From: Selaginella moellendorffii
Taxonomy: Eukaryota > Plantae > Lycopodiophyta
NCBI RefSeq assembly: GCF_000143415.4
Contig: NW_003314441.1
Location: forward strand, 37,042 to 101,041
Reading direction: 5' to 3'
Length of the DNA stretch: 64,000 nucleotides
Made by a program: the position numbers and the translations under genes. Below, one piece after another: positions 48,999 through 60,943 of the stretch (position 1 is the first letter of the stretch; the number at the start of each line of letters is the position of its first letter). Under the pieces are notes generated by a model that saw nothing but the letters and a program-made list of their open reading frames with translations, was not told the DNA's origin and ran no database searches.

Positions 48999-51900
48999 TC
49001 CTAGGAAGTTCTCCACTTGAGGGCACTATCATCCACCTTTCTATTTTGTGCCACCTTTGGCATTAAGTTCCAGCTATCATAAGTTGTGTTAGAGTTGTCT
49101 ATGGCTTTATCATTTGGCTACTTTGCCGCTCCCTCCCTTGGAGCTTTCGCCTTTGCCAACTTGGAGCAATTGGGAATCCATCTTTGGAAGCACACTTTCT
49201 TTCTCATAATCCGTTAGCATCCAACACATTAGTGTCCCATGCCTAGCTTTGCCATTTAGATTCCTTCGAAAGAACTCCATGGCCCACAGTTGGCCACTAG
49301 TTTTTTGCTTTTATCCATTGATTGTTGCACTGAGCAACATAGGATCACTATTTCCATTTTCGATGTATCCTTTTGGTTCCATGACAAAGGTTCTACTTTG
49401 CTAAGTTTAGAGGGTGCTCACTTCTAGTAGGTCTTTTTAGCATTTTCTGTTACGGGCTCTATTCACGGCCCAATTTTGTGACCCTCCCATAGGTCTTTCC
49501 TAGAGACTACTTTCTTGGACTTGCTATACCATCTTATTGGCACAACTGATTTCCTTTTAGGTGTCCTTCCCACTTGGTCACCTTGACCAAGCCACACCAT
49601 TATCAATAGTTCAAATTAACACTTTGAACTTAGATTTATATTCCTTAACCCAAACAAAGACCTTGTCCTTGTTTAGCCACAAAATCACCTAGTGATCTCA
49701 TCTTAACCCCTTATTAGGTTTACCAATAGGAACTAAGTTTTCCAAACCCTTTTAAATTGTTGACTATGACTATAGAGGCATCCCCCACACTTGGCAGTGC
49801 GCCCAAGACAACCCTTCCGACCAAAGGTCCATTGCAACTAAGAGTGGGTGTCCCCATCTCATTCACCACATCCTTGGTGCCCTTTGCACCAAAGTGTTCA
49901 AGTTAGATATGCCGAACTTTCACTCTAAGCAACCATGCATCATGACTCCGGAGCATCCCTTGCTTGGCGGTGTGCCCAAGCCAATCTCCTCACTAAGAGT
50001 CCATGACCACTGAAATATAAGTGTCCTCATATTCCAAACCATCGACTCAAACCCAAACACTAGAGGGTTGGGACTCGAACCTAACCTTCGTATATGCATT
50101 TATGGATGGCATCACCCAGGATGCCTGGCGTGACTCCCCATGCCGGTGCGCCAATTTATATCCAAAGCACACTACGAATCATAGCTTAGGAACTTAGTCC
50201 CTCCAAATTGCCAAGTCTTCTCACTCGACAAGTCTATGATCATGCATAGACTGCTCCATGCTTGGTCCCATAGCCCACCCCTTTTGAAGTTAGCACTTTC
50301 AATTAGGGGATTTGTTCCCCTAACTTGCCACTCTCACTTAGCAAGCCATTTGATCAATGTAACATGGTTTCATGTATAAGCGTGAAAGTCTTTGACTATC
50401 GACTTTTGTTCAAAGTTATCTTTTTGAACACTTGGGAACTACTTTCCCAACCTTGATAGCATTGCCTTATGGCAAGCTTCAAGACCACACTTTTGCTGTG
50501 CAACTCTAATTTCGCACTTTCTATGAACCATTTACACTTGCCTTTCTAGGTACTACACTACCTGGAATTGTCTTTGGGAACCTTGAAGGAACTCTGTCCT
50601 TTAGCTTGCTAAGGCCTCTCCTTTCGCAAGCTTTCTAATTGCTATATGATCTAACATGGATAATTCCATATTTTAGACTCCCCATGGCACCACGGTTACT
50701 AGTAACAACATGCTTGAGCACCCACTTGATTCTCCACTCCCAACTAACATAACCACCATTGGTTATGCTCTTCAATTCCTATGGTTTAGTTCTATCCCCT
50801 TACTATTTGTTTTTGGCCTCACACATTTCCTTTAGTTATTTGCCTCCAAACTAGGAGGATAACTTTGCTTTGTCATTTCGGTCAAGCTTTTGGGGATCCT
50901 TTAGCCTACGACATCTCGGGGAGTCGATTCCTTACATCTCCACCACCCATAGAAGAAGTTCGATGCCCACATCGAACGTCTCTTTTTATCCTACGACTTG
51001 TTGACCATGTCTCCGGGGGTATCCCCCCACTTAGCGGTGTGCCTAAGTTAGCCTCCCCGGCCAAGAGCCCATGACAATGGAATATAGGTGTCCCTATACC
51101 CCTCACCTCACCACGCCCTAGTATGGGGTTGGGACTTGAACCCATCCTTGCTTTACTAGGGGGTTGGGACTCGAACCCAACCTCTGTAGAATATGTCTAC
51201 AGATTTGACATCCCCACGGGTAGAAGATCGAGTCCAAGACTGACTCTGAGACCGAGTTCGAGATAGAGTCCGGGATTGAGCCGAGGCCGAATCGGAGACC
51301 GAGATCGAGACCGAGTTCGAGACGGAGTCCGAGATCCAAATCGGGTCCGAGACCGAGTCCAAGGTCGAGTCCAAAGTCTAGTCCGAGATCGGGTCCAAGA
51401 TCCAGTCCGAGATCGAGTCCGAGACCGAATCCGAAGTCGGGTCCGAGATCGAGTCCGAGATCGAATCTGAGACTAAGTCCAAATACTAATACGGGTTAAG
51501 GGGTGAAAGCCCAAAGCGTGCGTCTCTCGGGGGGGGGGGGGGGGGGGGTGCTGCAGGGGGTTCCAAAAGTATAGTAAAGATAGTGAGGTCCAGGATCCAG
51601 TCTTAAAGGAACTCTCAAGTGGTGCTTCCAAACTGACTTGAGGTTGAGACTAGGGCCGAGGGGCCCTGGGTTGGGATTGACCTTGGCCTGGGTGGTGCCC
51701 GAGGGGCCACCCAGGGAAGTGTTCAAGAGCAGCTCCCACTCCTGAAAGGGAAACTGACTGCGGTGCTCTCGGCTCATGTGGAGTGGTTCCCCACTTGAGT
51801 ACCTTGTGGCTCATTGGTCCTCGCCCTTCCTAGGGGCTTGAGCCTTCCCTTGGGGATGGAAGTGCGGGGGGGTAGAGGTACCCATACCAAGCCGTTAGGC

Positions 51901-52300
51901 CACGGTGTTTTGCCCCGATGTCCCGAAGCAAGTGTTGCACCCAAGGCTTGGGATTTAAAGGGTCCCATGATTAAGTTTTGTTGTACCAAGGGGTGTTAGG
52001 AACCTGGAGGCTTGGTGTGCTTGGCTACTTGTGCCTGTGGGGAGTGTAGCCGAACCTTAAGTCTAGTCTAACCCGGGGAGGGGGATTGGGAGAGATTTGG
52101 GAATCTGTGGATGGAAGGCTAACGCTCCATTGCTTGTGCAGTGAGTAGCTGAAACCAAGTAGGACCAAGTAGGAGCTGGTACAATAGGCGAGAACCTTGG
52201 CGAGGGAACTTAGCACAAGCCAAGGTAGTGTTGGTCGGATAGACGAGGTAAGCTGGCAAATTAAAAAGGAAAAATTTGTAGCTTACACTCTAATACCAAA

Positions 52301-52483
52301 TGTAAGCTCTTGAGTTGGAGGTCACCCAGCCCAGTACTATTCAAACCCAAGGATGCTTAACCCCAAATATCCCAAGACCCTTAACCAATTGGAAAAAGGG
52401 GTGCACTCTTGTTCATGGGCCCTTTCCTTCTATATTTGAACCCCATGGACCGTCTCTCGAGTCGTTCTCTTTGGTTGCTTACA
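52301..52483 (-). mobile_element. Cassandra LTR with PBS
   Basis: Same 5S-bearing LTR with a small deletion, flanked on both sides by CTCTRATACCAAA. Confidence 0.85.
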
Positions 52484-52934
52484 CTCTGATACCAAATTGT
52501 AAGTTGTGTTAGAGTTGTCCACGGCCCTATCATTTGGCTACTTTGCCACCCCTTCCCTTGGAGCTTTCACCTTGCTAACTTGGAGCATTTGGGAATCCAT
52601 CCTTGGAAGCATACTTCCTTTCTCGCAATCCGTTAACATCCAACACATTAGTGTTCCATGCCTAACTTTGCCATTTGGATTCTTTCGAAAGACCATTCTC
52701 AAGATATCCTTTTCATTCCATGGCAAAGGCTCTACTTTGCTAAGTCTAAAGGATGTTCACCCCTAATAGGTCTCTTTAGCATTTTTTGCTATGGGCTCCG
52801 TCTACGACCCAACTTTGCAACCCTCTCATAGGTCTCTCCTAGAGAATACTTTCTTGGATTTACTATACCATCGTATTGACACAATTGATTTCCCTTTAGA
52901 TGTCCTTCCCACTTGGTCACTTTGACTAAGCCAC

Positions 52935-53128
52935 TGTAAGCTCCTGAATTTGGACTTCCCGGGAGGTCACCCAGCCCAATACTATTCAAACCCAAGGACG
53001 CTTAACCCCATATATCCCAAGACCCTTAACCAATTGGAAAAGAGGGTGCACTCTTATTCATGGGCCTTTTCCCTTTATATTTGAACCCTATGGACCGTCT
53101 CTCGAGTCGTTCCCTTTGGTTGCTTACA
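52935..53128 (-). mobile_element. Cassandra solo LTR (194 bp)
   Basis: Best 5S match: GTTAAGCGTCCTTGGGTTTGAATAGTATTGGGCTGGGTGACCTCCCGGGAAGTCC. Confidence 0.9.
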
Positions 53129-56020
53129 GCAATAGTTCAAATTAACACTTTGAACTAAGAATTATATTCCTTAACCTAAACAAAGACCTTGTCCTTGTTT
53201 AGCCACAAGATCACCTAGTGATCTCATTTTGACCCCTTAGCAGGTCTACTAATAAGAACTAAGTCTTCCAGACCCTTTTAGATTGTTGGCTATGACCCCG
53301 GGGGCATCCCCCACACTTGGTGGTGCGCCCAAGTCAACCCTTCCGGCCAAAGGTCCATTGCAACTGAGAGTGGGCATCCCCATCTCATTCACCACGTCCT
53401 TGGTGCCACTTGCACCAAAGTGTTCAAGTTGGATATGCCGAACTTTCACACTAAGCAATCTAATTGTGCATCACAACTCTGGGGCATCTCCCGCTTGGCA
53501 GTGTGCCTAATCTAATCTCCTTACTGAGAGTCCATGACCATCTAAAAATGAGTGTCCTTATATTCCACACCATCACCACACCCTAGTGAGTTGGGACTCA
53601 AACACAAGCACTAGAGGGTTGGAACTTAAACCCAACCTCTGTATATGCATCTACGGATGGCATCACCCAGGATGCCTGGCATGACTCCCCACGCCGGTGC
53701 ACCAATTTATACCCAAAGTGCGCTACGAATCATAGCTTAGGAACTTAGTCCCTCTAAATTGCCAAGTCGTCTCACTCGATAAGTCTATGATCATTGCATG
53801 GACTCCTCCATGCTTGGCCCCATAGGCCACCCTTTTTGAAGTTAGTACCTTCAACTAGGGGATTTGTTCCCCTGACTTGCCACTCTCGCTTAGCAAGTCA
53901 TCTGACCAATGTAACATGGTTTCATGCATAAGCGTGAAAGTCCTGAACTATCGACTTTCATTCAAAGCAATCCCTTTGAACACTCAGGAACTACTTCCCT
54001 AATCTTGATAGCCTTGTCTCATGGCCAGCTTCAAGACCACGCTTCTGCTGCGCCACTCTAATTTCACGCGTTCTATAAACCATTTACACTTGGTTTTCTA
54101 GGTACTAAATTACCTAGAATTGTCTTTGAGAACATGGAAGAAACTCTGTCCGTTAACTTGCTAAGGCCTCTCCTTTTGCAAGCTTTCTAATTGCCATATG
54201 GTGTAACATGGTCAATTCCATGCCTTACACTCTCCATGGCACCACGGTTGCTAGTAATAACATGCTCGAGTGCCCACTTGATTTTCCACTCCTAACTGAC
54301 ATAACCACCCTTGGTTATGTTCTTCGATTTCTATGGTTTGGTTCTATCCCCTTACTACTTACCTTTGGCCTCACACATTTCTTTCGGTTATTTGCCTCTA
54401 AACTAGGAGGATAGCTTTGCACTTTTTACCATGCCTTAGCAAATATTCTTAGAGATGAACCTACCTGATAGCCTAGGGAGTGGTTCCTCAATCTGGTATG
54501 CTCACCTTATAATCCCATACACCAGAATTAACATTACTACATATGGGCCTTCATGTACCCATCATTAACCTTGCCAAAATTCCATTTTTGGCTTTGTCCA
54601 ATTTGGGTCGATGGACTTCTCCTGTCTCCACAACCTTAGACGTTTGGATAGCACCTTCTATCCAGGGACTTAGTCCCTTGGGCCTTATTTATTGCCTTCG
54701 CGACATCAAACACCAACTCCTGGTGTTCTAGAGTGTTTGGGTGTCCCAATGATGGCCTCCTTGACAATGAGCATTCCCTTTACGACATTGACTTACTATA
54801 TCGTAACATAAGCAATTCATTCTCTATAAGGGTATATTTACCTTCCTTATCCCAATAAAAAGTCTTAGGTAGTTACCTTCTACCAGTTTCATTAATTATT
54901 TTGCACCTTTTGCTTAGTTGCCTCATAATTGTCAAGTCCTACAACTCATTGCTAATGCTTCCACACCTCCATCATTGTTTGGGTCACCACACTCTACTAC
55001 ATGCTTTCCAGCTTAGGCTATGTCATTCCCATTTCCATTGGGATTCCCTTGGCAAGAGATTCTTATGAACCCACCAATATAACCTCAAGGTATCACACTT
55101 TGGCACATTTGGTGTCCCCACACCATCGGCTCCACGAGCCTACCTTTATGACACTTCCACTTGTGTCTAGGTCTTTTGCCAAGACCAACACAGTCATTTC
55201 TCATGCCAACTATCCATTATCACTTCACCACAATGTTCTCACACAACTCTGCACCAAAGTTGCTTTCTTCTAGGAACACCTTTCCCATGACTTTAGTATG
55301 GCACATTTTGCCACCCATGAGATACCCACTGTTCTCACACTTGGATCTTATGATCTTCCCCATCCTCCGTGGGGCACAACACACCTCAGTCCAAATGCTT
55401 CCATTAGTTCTTTAGGAGCATTCCTTGACTCCACTCAATTCATTCAACTTGTTGGACTTTTTCTAATCCCCCGACCTATAAGGTCTTACTTTTGAGGTGT
55501 GAGCTCATTAGAATACAACTTCTTATATTCATGTCCTACTCACCAGGACCACCATTACAAGTGTTATTCCAACACTTGACTATTTTTCATTCCTTGTGGG
55601 CTACCTTCACCTATTAGAACTATCTGTTCATATAATGAGAACATCGATTCATCCTCTAATCACACCCCCAACTCTTGGGGTTGTTCTAGCATTTATTCAA
55701 GGTAGCCTCGGCTACTATTTCAAGGACTTATGACCTCATCTGTATTTAACCTCCCACGGTCATTAATTCTGGCATCAAATTCATGAGCACCAGCCTCAAC
55801 TTCAAGAGGGTAATCTTGTGACTCCTTTATCGTTTTGGAGTTTCTATCTTCCCCGTGATCCCAAATATAGTTGTTTACCACAACTACATTAGCCAGTTTG
55901 CTGAGTTAAACACTCATCTGGATCACATCCTCAACTCAATGAGGAAAACCTTACACTATTCCCAAGATCCTAAAGTCGTTCCATTATTGGCCCTTTTCTA
56001 TCCACCACCTCACCTACAAG

Positions 56021-57121
56021 TTGACTCCTTATTTGCTCACTTCATGCTCGTTCATTGAGCCCTCCATTAGGAGTTCCATTCCCGCTCTTGACTTTTCAAG
56101 TCGGAGCCTTTTAGTCCAAACGTGTTACGCTTGTTTGGCTTTTGCTTTGGCCACTACCACATGGCACCATTTTGGTTCCACTTTGGGACTTAAGGATTTG
56201 TGTCTCACACTCTCCCCACCTTCCACCTTTTGGTGCTCTAGCCATGGGCTTAGAGTGAAGTTCCATTGAGCCATGCCAGGTATCCAAGTAGGTAGTGCCA
56301 CCCACACTTGGACTGGGAGCATTGGCCATTCGATCTCCCAGGGGAACTAGAGCTAGCTCTTGAACACTTCACCAAGTTACCCCACTTGTCGGTCCATATT
56401 CACTCTAGCCTTGGACTTCCCAGTGGTTATCCTATCACCCAACACTTAGGTACAGCCTTCCTAGGCCAAACTGGCCTTTCCTGGCCAAACTAGCTCAACT
56501 AGAGTCCTCTACTTTTGGAGCTCACCAAACCCCCCAAGGTCTAGGAGATGAACACTTTGGGCTTTCACCCTCTCAAACTCAAACTCGGACTTGGACTCGG
56601 ACTCGGACTCAAACTTGGACTTGGGCTTAGGCTCGGTCTCGGTCTCAGTCCTGGTCTCGGTCTCGGTCTTGACTTCAGACTCTGTCTCGGGTCCTTCTCG
56701 GACTCCATCTCGGGTCCATCTCAAACTCCATCTCAGGTCCATTTTGGACTCCATCTTGGACTCCATCTCGGGTCCATCTCGGGTCCATCTCGGACTCCAT
56801 CTTGGACTCCATCTTGGGCTCCATCTCAGATTCCATCCTCGGGTCGATCTCGGGTCCATCTCGAACTCCATTTCGGGTCCATCTCGGACTCCATCTTGGG
56901 TCCATCTCAGGTCCTCTTGTGTCGCTTTTCTAGAGACTCTTTTATTGCTCACTTCATGCTCGTTCCTTGAGCACTCCGTTGGGAGTTCTACTCCTTCTGT
57001 CGACTTTTCAAGTTGGAGCCTTTTAGTCCAAACGTATTACGCTCGTTTGGCTTTCGCTTTGGCCACTACCACATGGCACCCTTTCAGCTCCACTTTGGGG
57101 CTTAGGGATTTGTGTCTCACA
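56021..57121 (-). mobile_element. Two nested partial copies of the 1.95-kb LTR family
   Basis: The terminus ...GTGTCTCACA occurs at about 56209 and at 57121; minisatellite at 56575-56910. Confidence 0.75.
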
Positions 57122-58443
57122 AGAACCCAAGTTTCAGGGCCTTGGGCCACTAAATGAAACAACGGAGCTAAACTCCTAAGCATAGAGCTAAGGAGCGAAA
57201 GAACCGGAGCACGAAGTGACTCTCGAGTGTTTAACCAAAACAGTGAAGAGACAGTGGGGGGTTCTAAATGTATAGTAGGGATAGTGGGTAGGTCAGGCAT
57301 GGTTGACCAACCAGAGGCATAATTTAGCTCCCGCTTGCATGCTTGTTTTTGTTCTGTATCTAACTTAGGTCTAAGCCCAAGTTTTATACCATGCTAATTG
57401 GTGGAGTACCCATATCCTCGCATTAGACCACTAGTATGCTAAAATAGTGCCAAACTCCATTTGGCTTTGTTTTGCATGTTGGTTTTGGTATTGGGATGTT
57501 AGATGCTCTATAACTATTCTAAGTTGCTTTGTGCTCCTGTCCCTTAACTCCTTGGGTTGTATACTTGGGAGTTGTTCCATGTTTCTATTCTATCACTCCT
57601 TGACTTCATGCTTAAGAGTTTGGCTTTTTTCTTTTGTTCAGTGGCTCAAGGCTTTACTTCATAGTTATCCTATAGTAAATCACCATAGGATAAAGAGTGA
57701 AACCACATACACTACAATATCTCATTTTACTCTAATATCAATATCAACAATATCAATGGTTGAGCATATTTCAATGTCATCAACACTAAAATAAAACTAA
57801 AAGAAAGTAAGAGTGAATCACCACTCAACCGTCTATAGAACTAAGCTAACCAAAGTTGAAAATACTTTATTTAGTATTTGAGACCAATCCTTCAATAATA
57901 CTTAGTTATAAATAACATATCATCAAGGAATGATTCACCACATCCAAGACTTAATGAAATCTAAATGCAACCAAATGATATTGACAGAAGTAAAATGGAT
58001 ATATAAACATGAAAAACTATGTAAAACCAACGACACAATCCTCCACAATACCATCTGGGAAAGCAAAGCTATCACTACTAAATCATTATTGAGAGAAGCA
58101 AATGTCAATTGTCCTTGATAAAGTTTACATGTAATTATTAGTCCCAAGGTAATCAAAAACCACTTTTCAACTTGCCTTCACAAAACCCAAATACTAAACT
58201 CATCATTGTTTTAGATAATTATCCAACAAGAAAGTAATACCCCAAATACAAGATATAGGAATATAGATAAGAATGGACTAAATGACCAAATGGTTAGTTA
58301 TATATGATCAACACTCAACCAAAACTAAAATAAAGACCATAAGATGGATTTATATAGTACACAAACAAAGCTATAATATAGATACTAACACCTCAACTGT
58401 AAACAACTAAGTTGGGTATCACCATCCTTAGTGAAGGCACAAA

Positions 58444-60378
58444 TGTGAGACACAAATCCCTAAGCCCCAAAGTGGAGCCAAAAGAGTGCCATGTGGTAGT
58501 GGCCAAAGTGAAAGCCAAACAAGCGTAACACAATTGGACTAAAAGCTCCAACTTGAAAGATTGAGAGTGGGAGGGGAACTCCTAACGAAGTGCTCGAAGA
58601 ACAAGCACAAAACGAGCAATAAGTGAGTCTTTAGAAAAGAGACCCAAGATGGAATTCGAGATGGACCTAAGATGGAGTCTAAGATGGAGTCCAAGATGGA
58701 CCCGAGATGGAGTCTGAGATAGGGTCTGAGATGAAGTCTGAGATGGACCCGAGATGGAGTCCAAGATGGACCTGAGATGGAGTCCAAAATGGACCCGAGA
58801 TGGAGTCCAAGATGGACTCGAGATGGAGTCCAAAATGGAGTCTGAGATGGACCCAAGATGGAGTTCAAGATGGACCCGAGATGGAGTCTGAGATAGAGTC
58901 CAAAATGGAGCCGAGATGGAGTCTGAGATGGAGTTCGAGATGGACCCGAGATAGAGTCCAAGATGGCATCTGGGATGGAACCGAGATGGAGTCTGAGATG
59001 GACCTGAGATGGAGTCCCAGTTGGAGTCCGAGATGGACCCGAGATGGAGTTTGAGATGGAGTCTGAGATGGACCTGAGATGGAGTTTAAGATGGTGTTTG
59101 GGATGGAACCGAGATGGAGTCCAAGATGGAGTTTGAGATGGGCCTGAGATGGAGTTTGAGATGGAGTCCAAGATGGAGTTTGAGATGGACCCAAAATAGA
59201 GTTCGAGATGAAGTCCGAGATGGAGTCCGAGATGGAGTCCAAGATGGACCCGAGATGGAGTCCAAGATAGACCCCAGATGGAGTCCAAGATGGACCCGAG
59301 ATGGAGTCCAAGATGGACCCGAGATGGAGTCCAAGATGGACCCGAGATGGAGTCCAAGATGGACCCGAGATGGAGTCCAAGATGGAGTCCAAGACGGAGT
59401 CTGAGATGGACCCGAGATGGAGTCTAAGATGGAGTCCAAGATGGAACCGAGACCAAGACCGAGTCCGAGTCTGAATTTGAGTTCGAGTTTGAGTTTGAGT
59501 CCAAATACTAATACAAGCTGTTGGGTGAAAGCCCAAAGCAATCATCCCCCGGGGGGGGGGGGGGTTGGGTTGCTGCCGGGGGTTCCAAAAATATAGTAAG
59601 GAGAGTGTGGGGGTTGGACCCCAGTGGAGCTAGTTTGGCCAAAAAAGGCCAATTTAGCCTAGGAAGGCCATACCCAGCTGTTGGGTGATGGGATAACCAT
59701 TAGGAAGTCCAAAGTTAGAGTGAATATGGACTGACAAGTGGGGTAGCTTGGTGAAGTGTTCAAGAGCTTACTCTAATTCCCTCGAGAGGTTGAATGGTCG
59801 ATGCTCCTAGTCCAAGCATGGGTGGCACTACCTACTTGGATACCTGGCATGGCTCAACAATACCTCACTCTAAGCCCATGGCTAGAGCACCCAAAGGTGG
59901 AAGGTGGGGAGAGTACCCATGAGGCTTGCATAGGGCCGCAATGTTCCAAAATGTTATTCCAAAGTCCCAGATTATAGAAAGGAAGAGGAGTGGTCCTTTG
60001 ATGTAGTGACCAAGGATACGATCATGTGATGAGGAAGTCCTAGAGGACAGTGGGACTTAGTGGTCGAGCCTATGGGCTTTGTCCTAGTGGCAGTGTTGAT
60101 GAACATAGCCATGGATAGAAAAGGGACATGGTGAGGACTACAAAAGGGGTATTGGGGAAGGCTATTCCCCATGTCTGCGGGCATCGTAAAGATGCTAAGG
60201 AGTGGATCTAGAATGATCACTTATGAACGGATGGCCTAGTCTTTGAGAGACGGGATTGCAATATAGGTGGTGTTGGACCACTTATATGACCAAGGTGAAT
60301 GGGTATGGCTTTAGTGTAACGGGCTGATATGTTGGTAGTACCTTGGGGTGTCTGTCATGGGATCGGACACGTGGACAC
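58444..60378 (+). mobile_element. 3'-truncated copy of the 1.95-kb LTR family with an expanded minisatellite
   Basis: Starts TGTGAGACAC and is colinear with 46382-48120. Confidence 0.8.
58640..59500 (+). repeat. (GAGATGGAGTCC/GAGATGGACCC)n minisatellite plus a hexamer tract
   Basis: About 70 units of 11-12 bp. Related arrays at about 41045, 45165, 46590, 51230, 56575 and 61940. Confidence 0.95.
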
Positions 60379-60943
60379 GTTGCCCATAGAGAATAAAATC
60401 AAGTATCAATGTAACACTTGTAAAGATGGTCCTTGTAAATAGGACATGAATACAAGAAGTTGTATTCCAGTGAGTTGTTACCTCAAAAGTAGGACCTTAT
60501 GGGTCGTCAAATTAGCAAAGTCTAAAAAAGCTGAATGATTCAAGTAGAGTCAAGAAATGGTCCTAAGCGAGTGATAAGAGCATTTGGACTGAGGTGTGTT
60601 GTACCCCACAAAGGATAGGGATCCAAGAGGGATTATGATTATAGTGTAAGATGGACATTTCATCATGCTCCCAATGAAGGCCCATGGACATTGCAATATT
60701 ATGCACATGAAAGACTACCATAAAATACTTTTTGAGATGGTAAAGACAAAAATGGAGGATCATAAGATCTAAGCATGAGAACAATGGGTATCTCATCAAT
60801 AGCAGAATGTGCCATGTTAAAGTTGTGGGAAAGGCATTCCCAGAAGAAAGAAACTTTGGTACAGAGTTATATGTGAACACTATAGTGCAGTGCTAACTGA
60901 TAATGGCATGAGAAACAATTACTTTAATCTTGGCAAAGACCCA

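Larger units (their letters stand above)
49077..56020 (-). mobile_element. Nested decayed LTR-retroelement sequence (49077-50865 homologous to 52497-54415; inverted copies at about 60385-60940 and 62895-64000)
   Basis: Long direct and inverted homologies visible in the window; PBS TGGTATCAGAG on the minus strand at 52484-52494. No intact ORF. Confidence 0.7.

Noticed and set aside
58640-59460. CRISPR-like array
   Set aside because: Head-to-tail units with no unique spacers, in plant LTR DNA.
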